DNA from: Chloroflexota bacterium
GTDB lineage: Bacteria; Chloroflexota; Anaerolineae; Anaerolineales; DRMV01
Length of the DNA stretch: 32,612 nt
Reading direction: 5' to 3'
Assembly (NCBI GenBank): GCA_013153135.1
Contig: JAADFA010000059.1
Location: forward strand, 1 to 32,612
The translations under genes and the position numbers were made by a program. Shown here in pieces: positions 17,975-27,317 of the stretch. Below the pieces are notes generated by a model that saw nothing but the letters and a program-made list of their open reading frames with translations, searched no databases and was not told the origin of the DNA. Numbering within the stretch: the stretch's first letter is position 1; every line of letters starts with the position of its first letter.

Positions 17975-19342
17975 TTATTGGGGCCGCGTGTTCTTTCGTG
18001 AGGGGAAGTCAGGAATTTGCGACTGCAGCCATGCGAGCGCGTCATCCCGGGTGCGCACGTGGCCTTCGATTTGGGCCATTCGTAACGCGCGCAGCAGCTC
18101 ACCGAAGCGTGGACCAGGCTTCAGGCCCAGGGCACGCAAATCGTGACCGGTGAGCAAGGGCTTGAGGTCGCGGTCGTGACGCAGGTAGCGGTCCAGCGTG
18201 GCACGCAACGGGGGTGACGCAGCCAGCGCGAGGGCAGCCACTGCGGGGCGGGGGTACTGATCCAGGTGCAAGGCCAAGGCGCCAGGTCGCAGGGTAGCCC
18301 AGCGCGCGCGGGTACGCCAGAGCTCAGCCGCGGCGTGCACCGTGGTGCGCAGGGCCTTGGGACACGCGAGGCGTTGGCATAGGCCCGTGAGGGCAGCGTC
18401 CGAGAGCGGGAGCCACCACAATGCGTAGCCTACCGCGCGTCGCGTGCGCTCGGGCAAGCCCCACTCGGCCATTCGTGTCGCGTCCAAGGCCCGGAGGTGA
18501 GCCACGCGCTGTTGCGCGTCTGCATCGGTGGGCAGGGCTGGGTGTACCGCGTGCGCCACGCCGTCGGTGCCCAGGCGGCCGATAACTGGGCCTGGGGTCG
18601 GTTCGTCCAGGATGCGGTCCAGCTCGTGCCGTACCCGGTCGCCCGAGAGCCGAGGAATATACGTCACGCCGGAGGGGATCAGCGCTTGGGTCTCGGGTTC
18701 CCATTGGAGTTGATAGCGAACGAGGTAGCGTGCGCCGCGGAAAAGGCGCGTGGGGTCATCCCGAAAAGAAGCGGGATGCAGCACCCGCAGCCAACCTTGT
18801 GCCAAATCCTCCCGGCCGCCGAAGGGGTCGATGAGGGCATCGCCATGCGCAAGGTCGATGGCCATGGCGTTGATGGTGAAATCTCGGCGGTAGAGGTCAC
18901 TGAGCAGCGAACCGGGTTGAACCTGGGGTAACGCGGCCGGTTGGGGGTAGCGCTCGCGGCGTGCTGTGACCAGATCTAGGTGGTCGGGCCATGGGGCCTC
19001 CGCGCGGTGAGGTGTGTGCAAGGTGCGCGCGATAGCTACTGCGGAGGGAAGATGCCAGACCGCGGTACCAAACGCGCGGTGCAGGTGCACGCGGCCGCCA
19101 AAACGGCGTTGCGCTTCACGCGCGAGGACAGGCGCGGTCCAGGCACCGTGGCGGCCTTCAAAGACCAGGTCCAGGTCGAGGCTGGGGCGCCCTAAGAGCC
19201 AATCGCGCACAAAACCTCCTACCAACCGCGCGCGCCATCCTCGGCCCTCGGCCATGTGAGCCAACGCACGCACCAGCGCGGCCAGCGCAGGGGATACCGT
19301 CTGGTGCCAGGGTGGGAGCGGCGAAGCAAGGCGAGGCGCCAT
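17975..19342 (-). CDS. Class II tRNA nucleotidyltransferase, probable A-adding enzyme
   Basis: LVGGFVRD...DLDL; DLVTARRERYPQPAALPQV (loop present); DLYRRDFTINAMA; SFRDDPTR; C-terminal LTGHDL..LGLKPGP. Confidence 0.85.
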   Translation of the reverse strand: MAPRLASPLPPWHQTVSPALAALVRALAHMAEGRGWRARLVGGFVRDWLLGRPSLDLDLVFEGRHGAWTAPVLAREAQRRFGGRVHLHRAFGTAVWHLPSAVAIARTLHTPHRAEAPWPDHLDLVTARRERYPQPAALPQVQPGSLLSDLYRRDFTINAMAIDLAHGDALIDPFGGREDLAQGWLRVLHPASFRDDPTRLFRGARYLVRYQLQWEPETQALIPSGVTYIPRLSGDRVRHELDRILDEPTPGPVIGRLGTDGVAHAVHPALPTDADAQQRVAHLRALDATRMAEWGLPERTRRAVGYALWWLPLSDAALTGLCQRLACPKALRTTVHAAAELWRTRARWATLRPGALALHLDQYPRPAVAALALAASPPLRATLDRYLRHDRDLKPLLTGHDLRALGLKPGPRFGELLRALRMAQIEGHVRTRDDALAWLQSQIPDFPSRKNTRPQ

Positions 19343-19345
19343 GGT

Positions 19346-19630
19346 TCACTCAGAGATCGGGCTGAAGCGGCGGCGTCGATAGAACCACACGATCAGCCAG
19401 AGCGCCAGGGTGACCAACGGACCAGCGAGCACGGCCAACGAAATCCAAACAAACTGCCGCCAATCGGGCGGTCGCCATTCCACTTGAACCGGCCGCGGGT
19501 CTTCAATGGCCAGCCGTCGGTAGACCCGCTGCACAAACGCGGGGTCAGCCTCAACAGGCACAAGCTCCCGAGCTAACCACTGTTCCAGCTCTTCAATTTC
19601 CGACGCGGTTGGGGACTTGCGGTTGCGCAT
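19346..19630 (-). CDS. Small single-pass membrane protein (anti-sigma-like)
   Basis: 94 aa with GGAGG RBS. LVPVEADPAFVQRVYRRL helix, then one TM segment and a basic RRRR tail. Confidence 0.7.
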   Translation of the reverse strand: MRNRKSPTASEIEELEQWLARELVPVEADPAFVQRVYRRLAIEDPRPVQVEWRPPDWRQFVWISLAVLAGPLVTLALWLIVWFYRRRRFSPISE

Positions 19631-19665
19631 ACGTCCTCCCGGTGGCTCGCACGGGGTTGGCGGGG

Positions 19666-20520
19666 TTAGAGGGCAACATCGTGGGGGCAGGCGACCAGGC
19701 CAACCGCATCGGGGCCGAGGTGTACGGTTAGGGCCAAGGAGATGGGCTCACGGATGAGCTCCACCACATGGGCCTGGGCTTGCGCGCGTTGCGCGAGCTC
19801 ATGAGCCCATTCCGACGCGCGCGCGTGCATCACGCCGAGGTGCAAGGGTGTATCCCCGTAGCGTTCCTGGAGCCAGCGCAAGAGCCATTGGGTCGCGCGC
19901 TTGCGCGTGCGCACCTTATCCACGATGGGCAGGCGGCCATCCCGTAGCTCGATGATAGGGTGAATGCGTAACATGCTCGCGAAGAACGATTTGGGCCCAC
20001 TGATGCGGCCGCCGAGCCGGGCGAATTCCAGGTTACTCAAAGTCAACGCAATGCCGATGCGCTCACGCATTCGTTTGAGATGATCCACAATGCGGTCCAA
20101 CGACCAACCTCGCTCGCGTGCGATCGCGGCCGCGCGGGCCATGAATCCCATCATCAACGAGCCGCCGCGGGAATCAAAGGGCACTACATGGAAACGTTCG
20201 GCCAAATCCCGCGCCGCGAGCACCGCGGATTGGAAAGTGCCAGAAAGCTTGCTGGTCACGTGAATGGAGAGGATGGTGTCACCAGGCTGCGCGATGCGTT
20301 CGTAAAAACGCTTGAATTGCTCGGGCGAAGGTTGGGATGTGCGCGGGATTTGCTGATGTTCTTCGATCCAGCGGAAAAAGGCTTCCCGGGTGAGGGTGCC
20401 GTCGTCGGGCACGACCTGATCGCCCAGATGTAAATTGATTGGAATGACATGAATGCGGTAGCGTTCACGCCAATCCGCGGGCATGTCGCCCACGCTATCC
20501 ATCACAATATGCAAGGTCAT
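19666..20520 (-). CDS. DegV family fatty-acid-binding protein
   Basis: IVMDS..D, PRTSQPSP, SIHVTSKLSGTFQSA, GGRI, VHLGPDAVG. ATG overlaps the sigma stop codon (ATGA). Confidence 0.93.
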   Translation of the reverse strand: MTLHIVMDSVGDMPADWRERYRIHVIPINLHLGDQVVPDDGTLTREAFFRWIEEHQQIPRTSQPSPEQFKRFYERIAQPGDTILSIHVTSKLSGTFQSAVLAARDLAERFHVVPFDSRGGSLMMGFMARAAAIARERGWSLDRIVDHLKRMRERIGIALTLSNLEFARLGGRISGPKSFFASMLRIHPIIELRDGRLPIVDKVRTRKRATQWLLRWLQERYGDTPLHLGVMHARASEWAHELAQRAQAQAHVVELIREPISLALTVHLGPDAVGLVACPHDVAL

Positions 20521-21128
20521 TCGCCACCTCCGGCGCGTTGGCGGCCTGAGCGTGGGGCTTGGGGCGCTTGGGCCGCGTCGTCATCCATCTCGGCTAGCAG
20601 ACGGCGGAGCGCAACCAACGTGCGATGGTACAGGCTTTTGATCGCGCCCTCGCTCCGGCCCATGATTTGCGCGATCTCTGCATTGGACAGACCCTCGACG
20701 AACTTGAGGATGAGCAGGGTTTGCCGTTCGGGGGGCAAGCGCCGCAGGGCCTCGAGTAGACGCTGATTGGTTTCTTCCCGCAAGACTTGATGCTCGGGGG
20801 GGAGCGATGTGTCTCGCAGGTTCCAGACCAAATCCAAGGGGAGCTCGGCCCGGCGTTGGTTATCCCGATGCCAGTTAGCTACGACGTTGTGAGCGATGCG
20901 ATACAAGTATGCAGAAAACGGCAACCCTCGATCCTCGTAACGATGGATGTTGCGCAACGCTCGGTAGAATACCCGAGCTGTAAGGTCCTCCGCGTCGTGA
21001 TGATTCGCGACGCGATAGTAAATATACGTGTAAATGCGTTGTACGTAACGACGATATAGCTCGCCGAAGGCCTCCCGGTCACCGGCGATCGCGCGCGCCA
21101 ATACCTCATCGTCAGGCCAGTCCTGCAC
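20517..21128 (-). CDS. ECF-subfamily RNA polymerase sigma factor
   Basis: GDREAFGELYRRY, DAEDLT, FSAYLYRIAHN (region 2); LPPERQ...EGLSNAEIAQIMGRSEGAIKSLYHR (region 4). GTG start after AGGAGG. Confidence 0.93.
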   Translation of the reverse strand: MQDWPDDEVLARAIAGDREAFGELYRRYVQRIYTYIYYRVANHHDAEDLTARVFYRALRNIHRYEDRGLPFSAYLYRIAHNVVANWHRDNQRRAELPLDLVWNLRDTSLPPEHQVLREETNQRLLEALRRLPPERQTLLILKFVEGLSNAEIAQIMGRSEGAIKSLYHRTLVALRRLLAEMDDDAAQAPQAPRSGRQRAGGGE

Positions 21129-21157
21129 GGCCGACCTCCTGGCTGGCCGGGCATAAT

Positions 21158-21187
21158 CTATAACCCGGCAGCGGGATAAAAGTTACA
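21158..21187 (-). promoter_or_regulatory. Putative ECF-type autoregulatory promoter
   Basis: Minus strand TGTAAC-ttttatcccgctgccgg-GTTATAG, i.e. AAC-N17-GTT, the typical ECF -35/-10 layout, about 30 nt upstream of the sigma start. A separate TATACT lies at 21212-21207. Confidence 0.5.
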
Positions 21188-21297
21188 CGGCCACCGCTTC
21201 GCAGCAAGTATACCTCGCCATGGATGGCCGGATCTTGGTTCCGGTTTGGGGTGCCACGTAGCGGCGCGGGGCCGGCGCGAGCTTTGGTGATCAAGGG

Positions 21298-22500
21298 CTA
21301 GCTTGACACGTTGGGACTCGGGTGCCCCTGGTACCGCCGCATTCCCTCGACCAGGACCCGGCTAACTTCAGGCCGGGTGAACTCGGGCGGCAGCATTTCC
21401 CCGCGGCGGAGCATGGCTCGCACCTGGGTGCCGGAGAGATGGAGCCATTCCTCCGGCCCGTGGGGGCACGTTTTGGCCGTGACCACTGCCCCGCACGAAC
21501 GGCAGTAAAACGCGTGCTCAAAGCGCAGAGGCACAATGCCAATATCCTCGGGCGGGAATTCGTCGAAGATGCGTTGCGCGTCGTACGTGCCGTAGTAACG
21601 GCCTACGCCCGCGTGGTCGCGGCCGACGATGAAGTGGGTGGCGCCGTAGTTCTTGCGCGCAAGCGCGTGCATCACGGCCTCGCGCGGGCCCGCATAGCGC
21701 ATGGCCGCGGGAAAGACAGCCAACAGCACCCGGTCCTTGGGGTAGTATTTCTCCAGCACCACGCGGTAGCTCGCGATCCGTACATCCGCGGGGATGTCGT
21801 CGGGTTTGGTCTCGCCCACCAAGGGGTGCAGCAGCAGGCCGTCCACAATTTCGAGCGCGCTCTTTTGGATGTATTCGTGCGCGCGGTGGATGGGGTTGCG
21901 GGTTTGAAACGCGACCACCTGACGCCATCCCCGTTCTGCAAAAATGCGCCGCGTTTGCGCGGGGGTCAGGCGCAGGTCAGGGAATTCTTCGCGCGCGGCC
22001 CGTGGCCAATCAAACAGCCAAATGTCACCGCCCAGGAGATAGTCGCCCTGTTGGTAGAGCCGCGCGACCCCGGGGTGGTTGGGGTCGGTGGTACGGTAGA
22101 CTTCACGCGCCTCGCGTTCTTTATCATAAGGGTAAATTTCGTCAATGTGCAAAATGGCCAGCGGGCGTTCGCCCTCGGCCAGGGCCACATCTTGCCCGGG
22201 TTTGAGCGCGCGGGCAGTGGCTTCATCCACCGCCAGGGTGACGGGAATGGGCCAGACAATCCCATTGGTGAGGCGCATTTCGTCCACCACTCGCTCGTAA
22301 TCCGCGCGGCGTAAGAAGCCCGTCAAAGGGCTGTAGGCGCCTATGGCGATCATCTCCAGGTCGGCCAGGGATGAGCGACGCAGGGGAATGCGCGGGAGGG
22401 TTTGTGCGCGTTCGCGCGCAGCGTCACGCAGCGCGCCCGTGAGCACGCGATTGACAAGGGTGCCGCCATGGGGCGGGATGAGTCGCGAGGGATGAGGCAT
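21298..22500 (-). CDS. sat: Sulfate adenylyltransferase (ATP sulfurylase, Sat type)
   Basis: PPHGGTL, YSPLTGF, FQTRNPIHRAHE, MRYAGPREA, IVGRDHAGVG, Zn site CRSC...CPH, LSGTQVR. Confidence 0.96.
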   Translation of the reverse strand: MPHPSRLIPPHGGTLVNRVLTGALRDAARERAQTLPRIPLRRSSLADLEMIAIGAYSPLTGFLRRADYERVVDEMRLTNGIVWPIPVTLAVDEATARALKPGQDVALAEGERPLAILHIDEIYPYDKEREAREVYRTTDPNHPGVARLYQQGDYLLGGDIWLFDWPRAAREEFPDLRLTPAQTRRIFAERGWRQVVAFQTRNPIHRAHEYIQKSALEIVDGLLLHPLVGETKPDDIPADVRIASYRVVLEKYYPKDRVLLAVFPAAMRYAGPREAVMHALARKNYGATHFIVGRDHAGVGRYYGTYDAQRIFDEFPPEDIGIVPLRFEHAFYCRSCGAVVTAKTCPHGPEEWLHLSGTQVRAMLRRGEMLPPEFTRPEVSRVLVEGMRRYQGHPSPNVSS

Positions 22501-22534
22501 GGGGCTCCTCCTTGGCGGGGGTCATTAAGGGGCC

Positions 22535-23302
22535 TTAACCGGCGGCCCATAGCAGGCGCACACCAGCGGCCACAATGATCAAGCCCAACAGCGCGCGCAA
22601 GCGTTGTGTGGGCCAGTGCACCACGAGGCGCGCACCAAGCCAGACACCAGGCAGCGCACCAAGCCATAGCGCGGGTAACACGTGCCACGCCACTTGATTA
22701 TGCAGCGTGTAGGGGATGGCCGCGGTCCCCGAGAGCAGCGCGCCGTGGAGCACATCCAGACCGACCAGGTGCGCCGGGGGCACATGATACCACAGCAGAA
22801 AGGCCGCGGAGATCAATACGCCGCCACCTACCGAAGTCGCGCCCACCACCAGGCCACCTACGAACCCAATAAGCCACGCTGCCCGAGCCGAGGGCCAACG
22901 TTCCCTCCCTTCCGCACGCGCGCGCATCCAACCCATGCTGCGGGCCAGGATGTAGAGCCCGACCAGGCTCAACGTCAGGCCCAAAAGTCGGGGAAAGATC
23001 ACCTCAACCCATTGCGGATCGGCCATGCGCAGCACCCACCAGGAGCTGAGCCACGCGCCCGGCAGGCTGCCAAGGCTGAGGTAGAAAATCGGTCGCAACC
23101 ACACGGTCTTTTGGCGGCGGTGCTGAATGCTGCCGACCAAACGGGTTACCGTTGTGAAAACCAGATCCGTACCGACCGCGGTCACGGGGGGCAGTCCAAG
23201 GACCCACAGCAAAAACGGGAGCGCGAGCGCGCCGCCGCCCATGCCGGTCAGGCCCAAAACAAACCCGATCCCCGCACCCGCGAACGTGGCGGTTATCCAC
23301 AT
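22535..23302 (-). CDS. TSUP (TauE/SafE) family membrane transporter
   Basis: GLTGMGGGAL, AVGTDL, repeated GATSVGGG motif; multiple TM segments; AAGGAGG RBS. Confidence 0.9.
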   Translation of the reverse strand: MWITATFAGAGIGFVLGLTGMGGGALALPFLLWVLGLPPVTAVGTDLVFTTVTRLVGSIQHRRQKTVWLRPIFYLSLGSLPGAWLSSWWVLRMADPQWVEVIFPRLLGLTLSLVGLYILARSMGWMRARAEGRERWPSARAAWLIGFVGGLVVGATSVGGGVLISAAFLLWYHVPPAHLVGLDVLHGALLSGTAAIPYTLHNQVAWHVLPALWLGALPGVWLGARLVVHWPTQRLRALLGLIIVAAGVRLLWAAG

Positions 23303-23317
23303 GGCAGCCTCCTTGGG

Positions 23318-24982
23318 TTAAGGCTCCGTGGGTTCGAGGCAGGCGGCCCGAGGTCGCAGCAACATGCCGTCCGCGTACACGCGTGTGGGCACAAAGCAGC
23401 GCGTATAAGTCGCCAGACGGGACCGTTGGGTCGGATCAACCATGATCCAAGCGATCTGCCCTCGCACCCGGGCCACCTGCTGGGCCAACGCCCGGAGCCA
23501 AGCGTCGTCATCTCCCTGGGCCGCGGGTCCTATATCTTTCCAGCGGCCCGTAATGGGGTCGTATACCCAACGTCGGCCCTCCCGGGTGACATGCCCCATG
23601 GGCAGCTGAAAGGCCGGGTGGTCGGTATAATACAACGTTTCTGGTAGTTCGTTCGTCCATAAAGGAACATCGGGCGGTAAGCGTCGGATGCCGTGCCAGA
23701 CGGCCGCGGTTTGCCACGCACGGTTGCGCAGCGCACCACCGATGTGGTGCATTCGGTCGAGCAGGTAAAAGCCGTCATAGGTCCAGGTAATGCGCGCGAG
23801 GCGGTAGACAACCCAGATCAGCAGCAATATGGTAACCCAGTGTCGCGCGAGGGTGACCCACGAGGCCAAGGCCAAAACGATGACCAACACGACGAACACG
23901 GGTGCGAGCAAGCGCCAGTCCATGGGCGTGGACGCGTCGACCAGGGTAATGGCCCCTACGAGACCGAACAGGTACCAGCCGATGAACGCGAGCCAGCGCC
24001 CCAGATCCGGCCGGATCGCGGGCTCTCGGTGCCAAGCCCACAGCACCAATCCCGCGCTAACCAGCACCACCGTGGCCGCGAGCGCCCATGTTTGGCTCGG
24101 CGTGCGGGTGGCATACCACGGCCGCACCCAATCCGCGAGGGTTTCGGCCGCGACGCGCCATTTTTCAAACCCAGGTGGGTGCCAGGCCAAAGGGCGATTG
24201 ACCGCGTTGCCCGCGACCAGGCGATTGCGCAGCACCCACGCGGCTACGGGTAAGGTATAGCCCAGCAGCAATACGATGATGCTGCCCCGCAGGTGTCGTG
24301 TATGCCAGGCGCGACGTATAAGGGAGCTGACTACCCAAAAAAACAGCACCCCGCCGATCCAGCGGACCAGCGTTCCCGCGGCCGCGAGCCCGGCGAGCCA
24401 TGCTGCCCGGCCGCGGCTCGGGCGCTCGTGCCAGCGGGCCAGGGCCCATCCGGTCAGCAGGACTAGCAGGATAAACGGCGCTTCGGAAAATACCCAGGTG
24501 ACAATGCGTTGCCAAGGATACGCGAGGCCGAGATAAAAGGTTACCACCGCCGCGGGCGCGAGGTGCCGTGTGGTTCGAAAGACCAACAGCCCCGCCAGAC
24601 CGGGCACCGCGAGAGCTAAACACGCGTGCAGCCACCACGCGGCCGTGTCCACGTCCACTGCGGCAAGGCGCATCAGCCCCGCAATCAACGCGGGGTAGCC
24701 CGGCGGGAAGTGGGTCATGGGTTTCCAGCCGCCCAGAGGCGTGGGCCGACCGTAACCCCAACCGCGCGCGAGATTGCGCGCGAGTACAAGGTAGGTCAGC
24801 CCGTCCGAATTCGCGCCCAGGCCCCACGTTTGGGTCGCACGGTAGAAAATCCACCCAGCCACCAGCAGGCCGGGGAGCAAAGCCAACCCAAACCCTAACG
24901 GCGCGCGCCAAAAAGGGGCTTGTTGGAGACGTTCCCACAATCGTTGCATCGGCACCCTTGCGTGGGATGAAGTTGGCCGCAA
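23318..24982 (-). CDS. Polytopic membrane protein, probable GT-C fold glycosyltransferase
   Basis: NSDGLTYLVLARNL after TM1, THFPPGYP, SE motif, multiple TM segments, RLLAP. Start uncertain (TTG 24982 or ATG 24949). Confidence 0.7.
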   Translation of the reverse strand: MRPTSSHARVPMQRLWERLQQAPFWRAPLGFGLALLPGLLVAGWIFYRATQTWGLGANSDGLTYLVLARNLARGWGYGRPTPLGGWKPMTHFPPGYPALIAGLMRLAAVDVDTAAWWLHACLALAVPGLAGLLVFRTTRHLAPAAVVTFYLGLAYPWQRIVTWVFSEAPFILLVLLTGWALARWHERPSRGRAAWLAGLAAAGTLVRWIGGVLFFWVVSSLIRRAWHTRHLRGSIIVLLLGYTLPVAAWVLRNRLVAGNAVNRPLAWHPPGFEKWRVAAETLADWVRPWYATRTPSQTWALAATVVLVSAGLVLWAWHREPAIRPDLGRWLAFIGWYLFGLVGAITLVDASTPMDWRLLAPVFVVLVIVLALASWVTLARHWVTILLLIWVVYRLARITWTYDGFYLLDRMHHIGGALRNRAWQTAAVWHGIRRLPPDVPLWTNELPETLYYTDHPAFQLPMGHVTREGRRWVYDPITGRWKDIGPAAQGDDDAWLRALAQQVARVRGQIAWIMVDPTQRSRLATYTRCFVPTRVYADGMLLRPRAACLEPTEP

Positions 24983-25011
24983 CCGGCGCGAGCCAGTTGC
25001 AGCACGCCTCC

Positions 25012-25040
25012 ATTATACGCGGCTCTCCTCTTGCTATAAT
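25012..25040. promoter_or_regulatory. Back-to-back divergent -10 elements
   Basis: TATAAT on the minus strand (25017-25012) and TGcTATAAT on the plus strand (25032-25040). Confidence 0.6.
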
Positions 25041-25081
25041 GAAGGCACCCGTTGACTGCAGCGCGTTCTGAACGAGGTCCG

Positions 25082-25921
25082 ATGATGGTCGACCCACAAG
25101 AAACCCGCGCCTGGTTGGAGGCAATGCAGCAGGCCCTGGCTGCTGGCGAACCGATCGCGTGGTGCGTGGTCGTTGAGGCCCAGGGCTCGACCCCGCGCCG
25201 CGCGGGGAGCAAAATGCTTGTGTTCGCGGATGGGCGCACGGTGGGCACCGTTGGGGGCGGCGAAACCGAGCACCGGGTAATCCAAGCGGCCCAACAGGCC
25301 ATGCAGGATGGTCGGCCCCGGGTCGAAACCTATCGTTTGGTTGACCCTGCGCGCGGAGACCCCGGAGTATGCGGAGGGCAAATGCGCGTGTATATCGAAC
25401 CCGTTCTGCCGCCGCCGCAAATCGTTGTGGTGGGCGCAGGACACGTAGGCCGCGCGGTGGCTGAGTTGGCCCACTGGCTCGGGTTTCGGGTCATTGTGGT
25501 GGATGACCGTGCGGGCTGGTGCGAACATCAACCCATCCCTGAGGCTGATGCGTGCGTGGAGGCCCCGCCTGAGGCCATCCCTGAACACGTGCACATTACT
25601 CCCCAGACCTTCATTGTCTTGGTAACTCGCGGTTCGCCAGTGGATGTGGCCGCGTTGCCCGCGTTGCTGCAGACGCCCGCTCGTTATATTGGTGTCATTG
25701 GCTCCCGACGGCGCTGGCTCACTACCGCGCGTGCATTACGCGAGCGCGGGGTGCCAGAGGACGCGCTGCACCGGGTTCGCACGCCCATCGGGTTGGATAT
25801 CGGCGGCGAGACGCCCCGAGAGATCGCATTGAGCATTATGGCCGAGATCGTGGCCGAGTTGCACGGCCGTGGCAAGCAAGGCGCGGCAACCCAGCCTGAA
25901 CGCAACGAGGGAGCACAGTGA
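25082..25921 (+). CDS. xdhC: XdhC/CoxI family molybdoenzyme maturation factor
   Basis: GSTPRRAGSKM, GTVGGG, CGG, VVGAGHVG, YIGVIGSRRR, PIGLDIGGETPREIALSI. Confidence 0.9.
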   Translation: MMVDPQETRAWLEAMQQALAAGEPIAWCVVVEAQGSTPRRAGSKMLVFADGRTVGTVGGGETEHRVIQAAQQAMQDGRPRVETYRLVDPARGDPGVCGGQMRVYIEPVLPPPQIVVVGAGHVGRAVAELAHWLGFRVIVVDDRAGWCEHQPIPEADACVEAPPEAIPEHVHITPQTFIVLVTRGSPVDVAALPALLQTPARYIGVIGSRRRWLTTARALRERGVPEDALHRVRTPIGLDIGGETPREIALSIMAEIVAELHGRGKQGAATQPERNEGAQ

Positions 25922-26535
25922 TGCCATCCCCGCAAACCTTGCACGCGTTTTTGCGTTCCCGGCGTTCGGTGCGGCGGTTCATGGCCCGGGCGGTGCCGCG
26001 CGACGTAATCGCTCGGGTGCTCGATACAGCCCGTTGGGCTCCGTCGGCGCATAACCGGCAGCCATGGCGTTTTGTGGTCCTATCGCGTGACGGGGCCGCG
26101 CGGCGCGCATTGGCTGAGGCAATGACCACGGCCTTTCGCCGTGACCTTGAGGCCGATGGCCTGCCCCAAAACGAGATCGAGGCTCGCGTGGCGCGTGCAC
26201 GCCAGCGCTTGCTCGAGGCACCGGTGGCCATTGTATTGGCCGCGGATCGAGCGACCATGGACGCGTACCCTGATCCCCGGCGTCAACGCGCGGAGCACAT
26301 CATGATGGTGCAAAGCGCCGCGCTGGCTGGATTGCAATTGCTCCTGGCCGCCCACGCGGAAGGCTTGGCTGGCGTGTGGACGTGCGGCCCCCTCTTCGTG
26401 CCCGAGTTGGTGCGGCAGGTGCTGGCCTTGCCCGCGACGTGGGAGCCGCAAGCGCTCTTCTTTTTAGGCTATCCCGCGCGCATTCCTGAGCCGCCGCCGC
26501 GCCATGACTTGGATGAGATTGTGTGGTGGCGCTAA
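25921..26535 (+). CDS. Nitroreductase family protein resembling the FbiB C-terminal domain
   Basis: RRSVRRF, APSAHNRQPWRFVV, LLAAHAEGL..W.C.PLF. TGATG coupling to xdhC. Confidence 0.8.
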   Translation: MPSPQTLHAFLRSRRSVRRFMARAVPRDVIARVLDTARWAPSAHNRQPWRFVVLSRDGAARRALAEAMTTAFRRDLEADGLPQNEIEARVARARQRLLEAPVAIVLAADRATMDAYPDPRRQRAEHIMMVQSAALAGLQLLLAAHAEGLAGVWTCGPLFVPELVRQVLALPATWEPQALFFLGYPARIPEPPPRHDLDEIVWWR

Positions 26536-26618
26536 GCCGCGCTCCCAACCCGTGGGGTATACTTGGAACGTCGCCCGATACGCCTTCTAACTGGTAGCCC
26601 TGATTGAGGAGGGGAACC

Positions 26619-27236
26619 ATGACTGGTTGTTTGCCCGGGGGCCGGATTGAGGTCATCGTTGGCCCTATGTTCAGCGGAAAGACGGAAGAGCTCATCCGCC
26701 GTTTGCGCCGCGCGGTCATCGCCAAGCAAAAGGTGCAAGTCTTCAAGCCGCGCATCGACACCCGCTATCACCCTACTAAGCTCACATCGCACAATGGCGA
26801 TCAATTCCAGGCGCTGCCTGTGGCGGACACCGCGGAGATGCGCCAACACATTGAGTCGGATACGCGTATCGTCGCGGTGGACGAAGCCCAGTTCTTTGAC
26901 GAAGAGATTGTGCAATTGGCGCGTCAGCTCGCATGCCAGGGCAAGCGGGTTATCCTGGCAGGATTGGATATGGACTTTCGTGGCGAGCCGTTCCATCCCA
27001 TGCCTGCACTTATGGCTATCGCGGACCAGGTGGATAAGCTCCAAGCGATTTGCATGGTATGCCGCCAAGAGGCCACGCATACGCAGCGCCTTATTGAAGG
27101 CAAGCCCGCGAGTTACCACGACCCAGTCGTGCTGGTCGGCGCGCAGGAGATGTATGAGCCTCGTTGCCGCGCCCATCACATTGTGCCCGACCATCCCGCA
27201 TTCCGCACGGAGGCGGCATCTGAGGTTGAGGGCTAA
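26619..27236 (+). CDS. tdk: Thymidine kinase (type II)
   Basis: [30 protein letters not shown], Zn ligands CMVC and CRAH. ATG 26619 after GAGGAGG. Confidence 0.96.
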   Translation: MTGCLPGGRIEVIVGPMFSGKTEELIRRLRRAVIAKQKVQVFKPRIDTRYHPTKLTSHNGDQFQALPVADTAEMRQHIESDTRIVAVDEAQFFDEEIVQLARQLACQGKRVILAGLDMDFRGEPFHPMPALMAIADQVDKLQAICMVCRQEATHTQRLIEGKPASYHDPVVLVGAQEMYEPRCRAHHIVPDHPAFRTEAASEVEG

Positions 27237-27317
27237 TCTTGCGGCCCGGTTCGCATTCCCCGACCCACGAGCCCTGTCGCGGCCAGGCCTGGGTCGTGTA
27301 GCGAAAAAGGAGGCGGC

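Noticed and set aside
21322-23647. Plus-strand ORFs of 330 and 321 aa
   Set aside because: Antisense shadows of sat, the TSUP gene and the GT-C gene.
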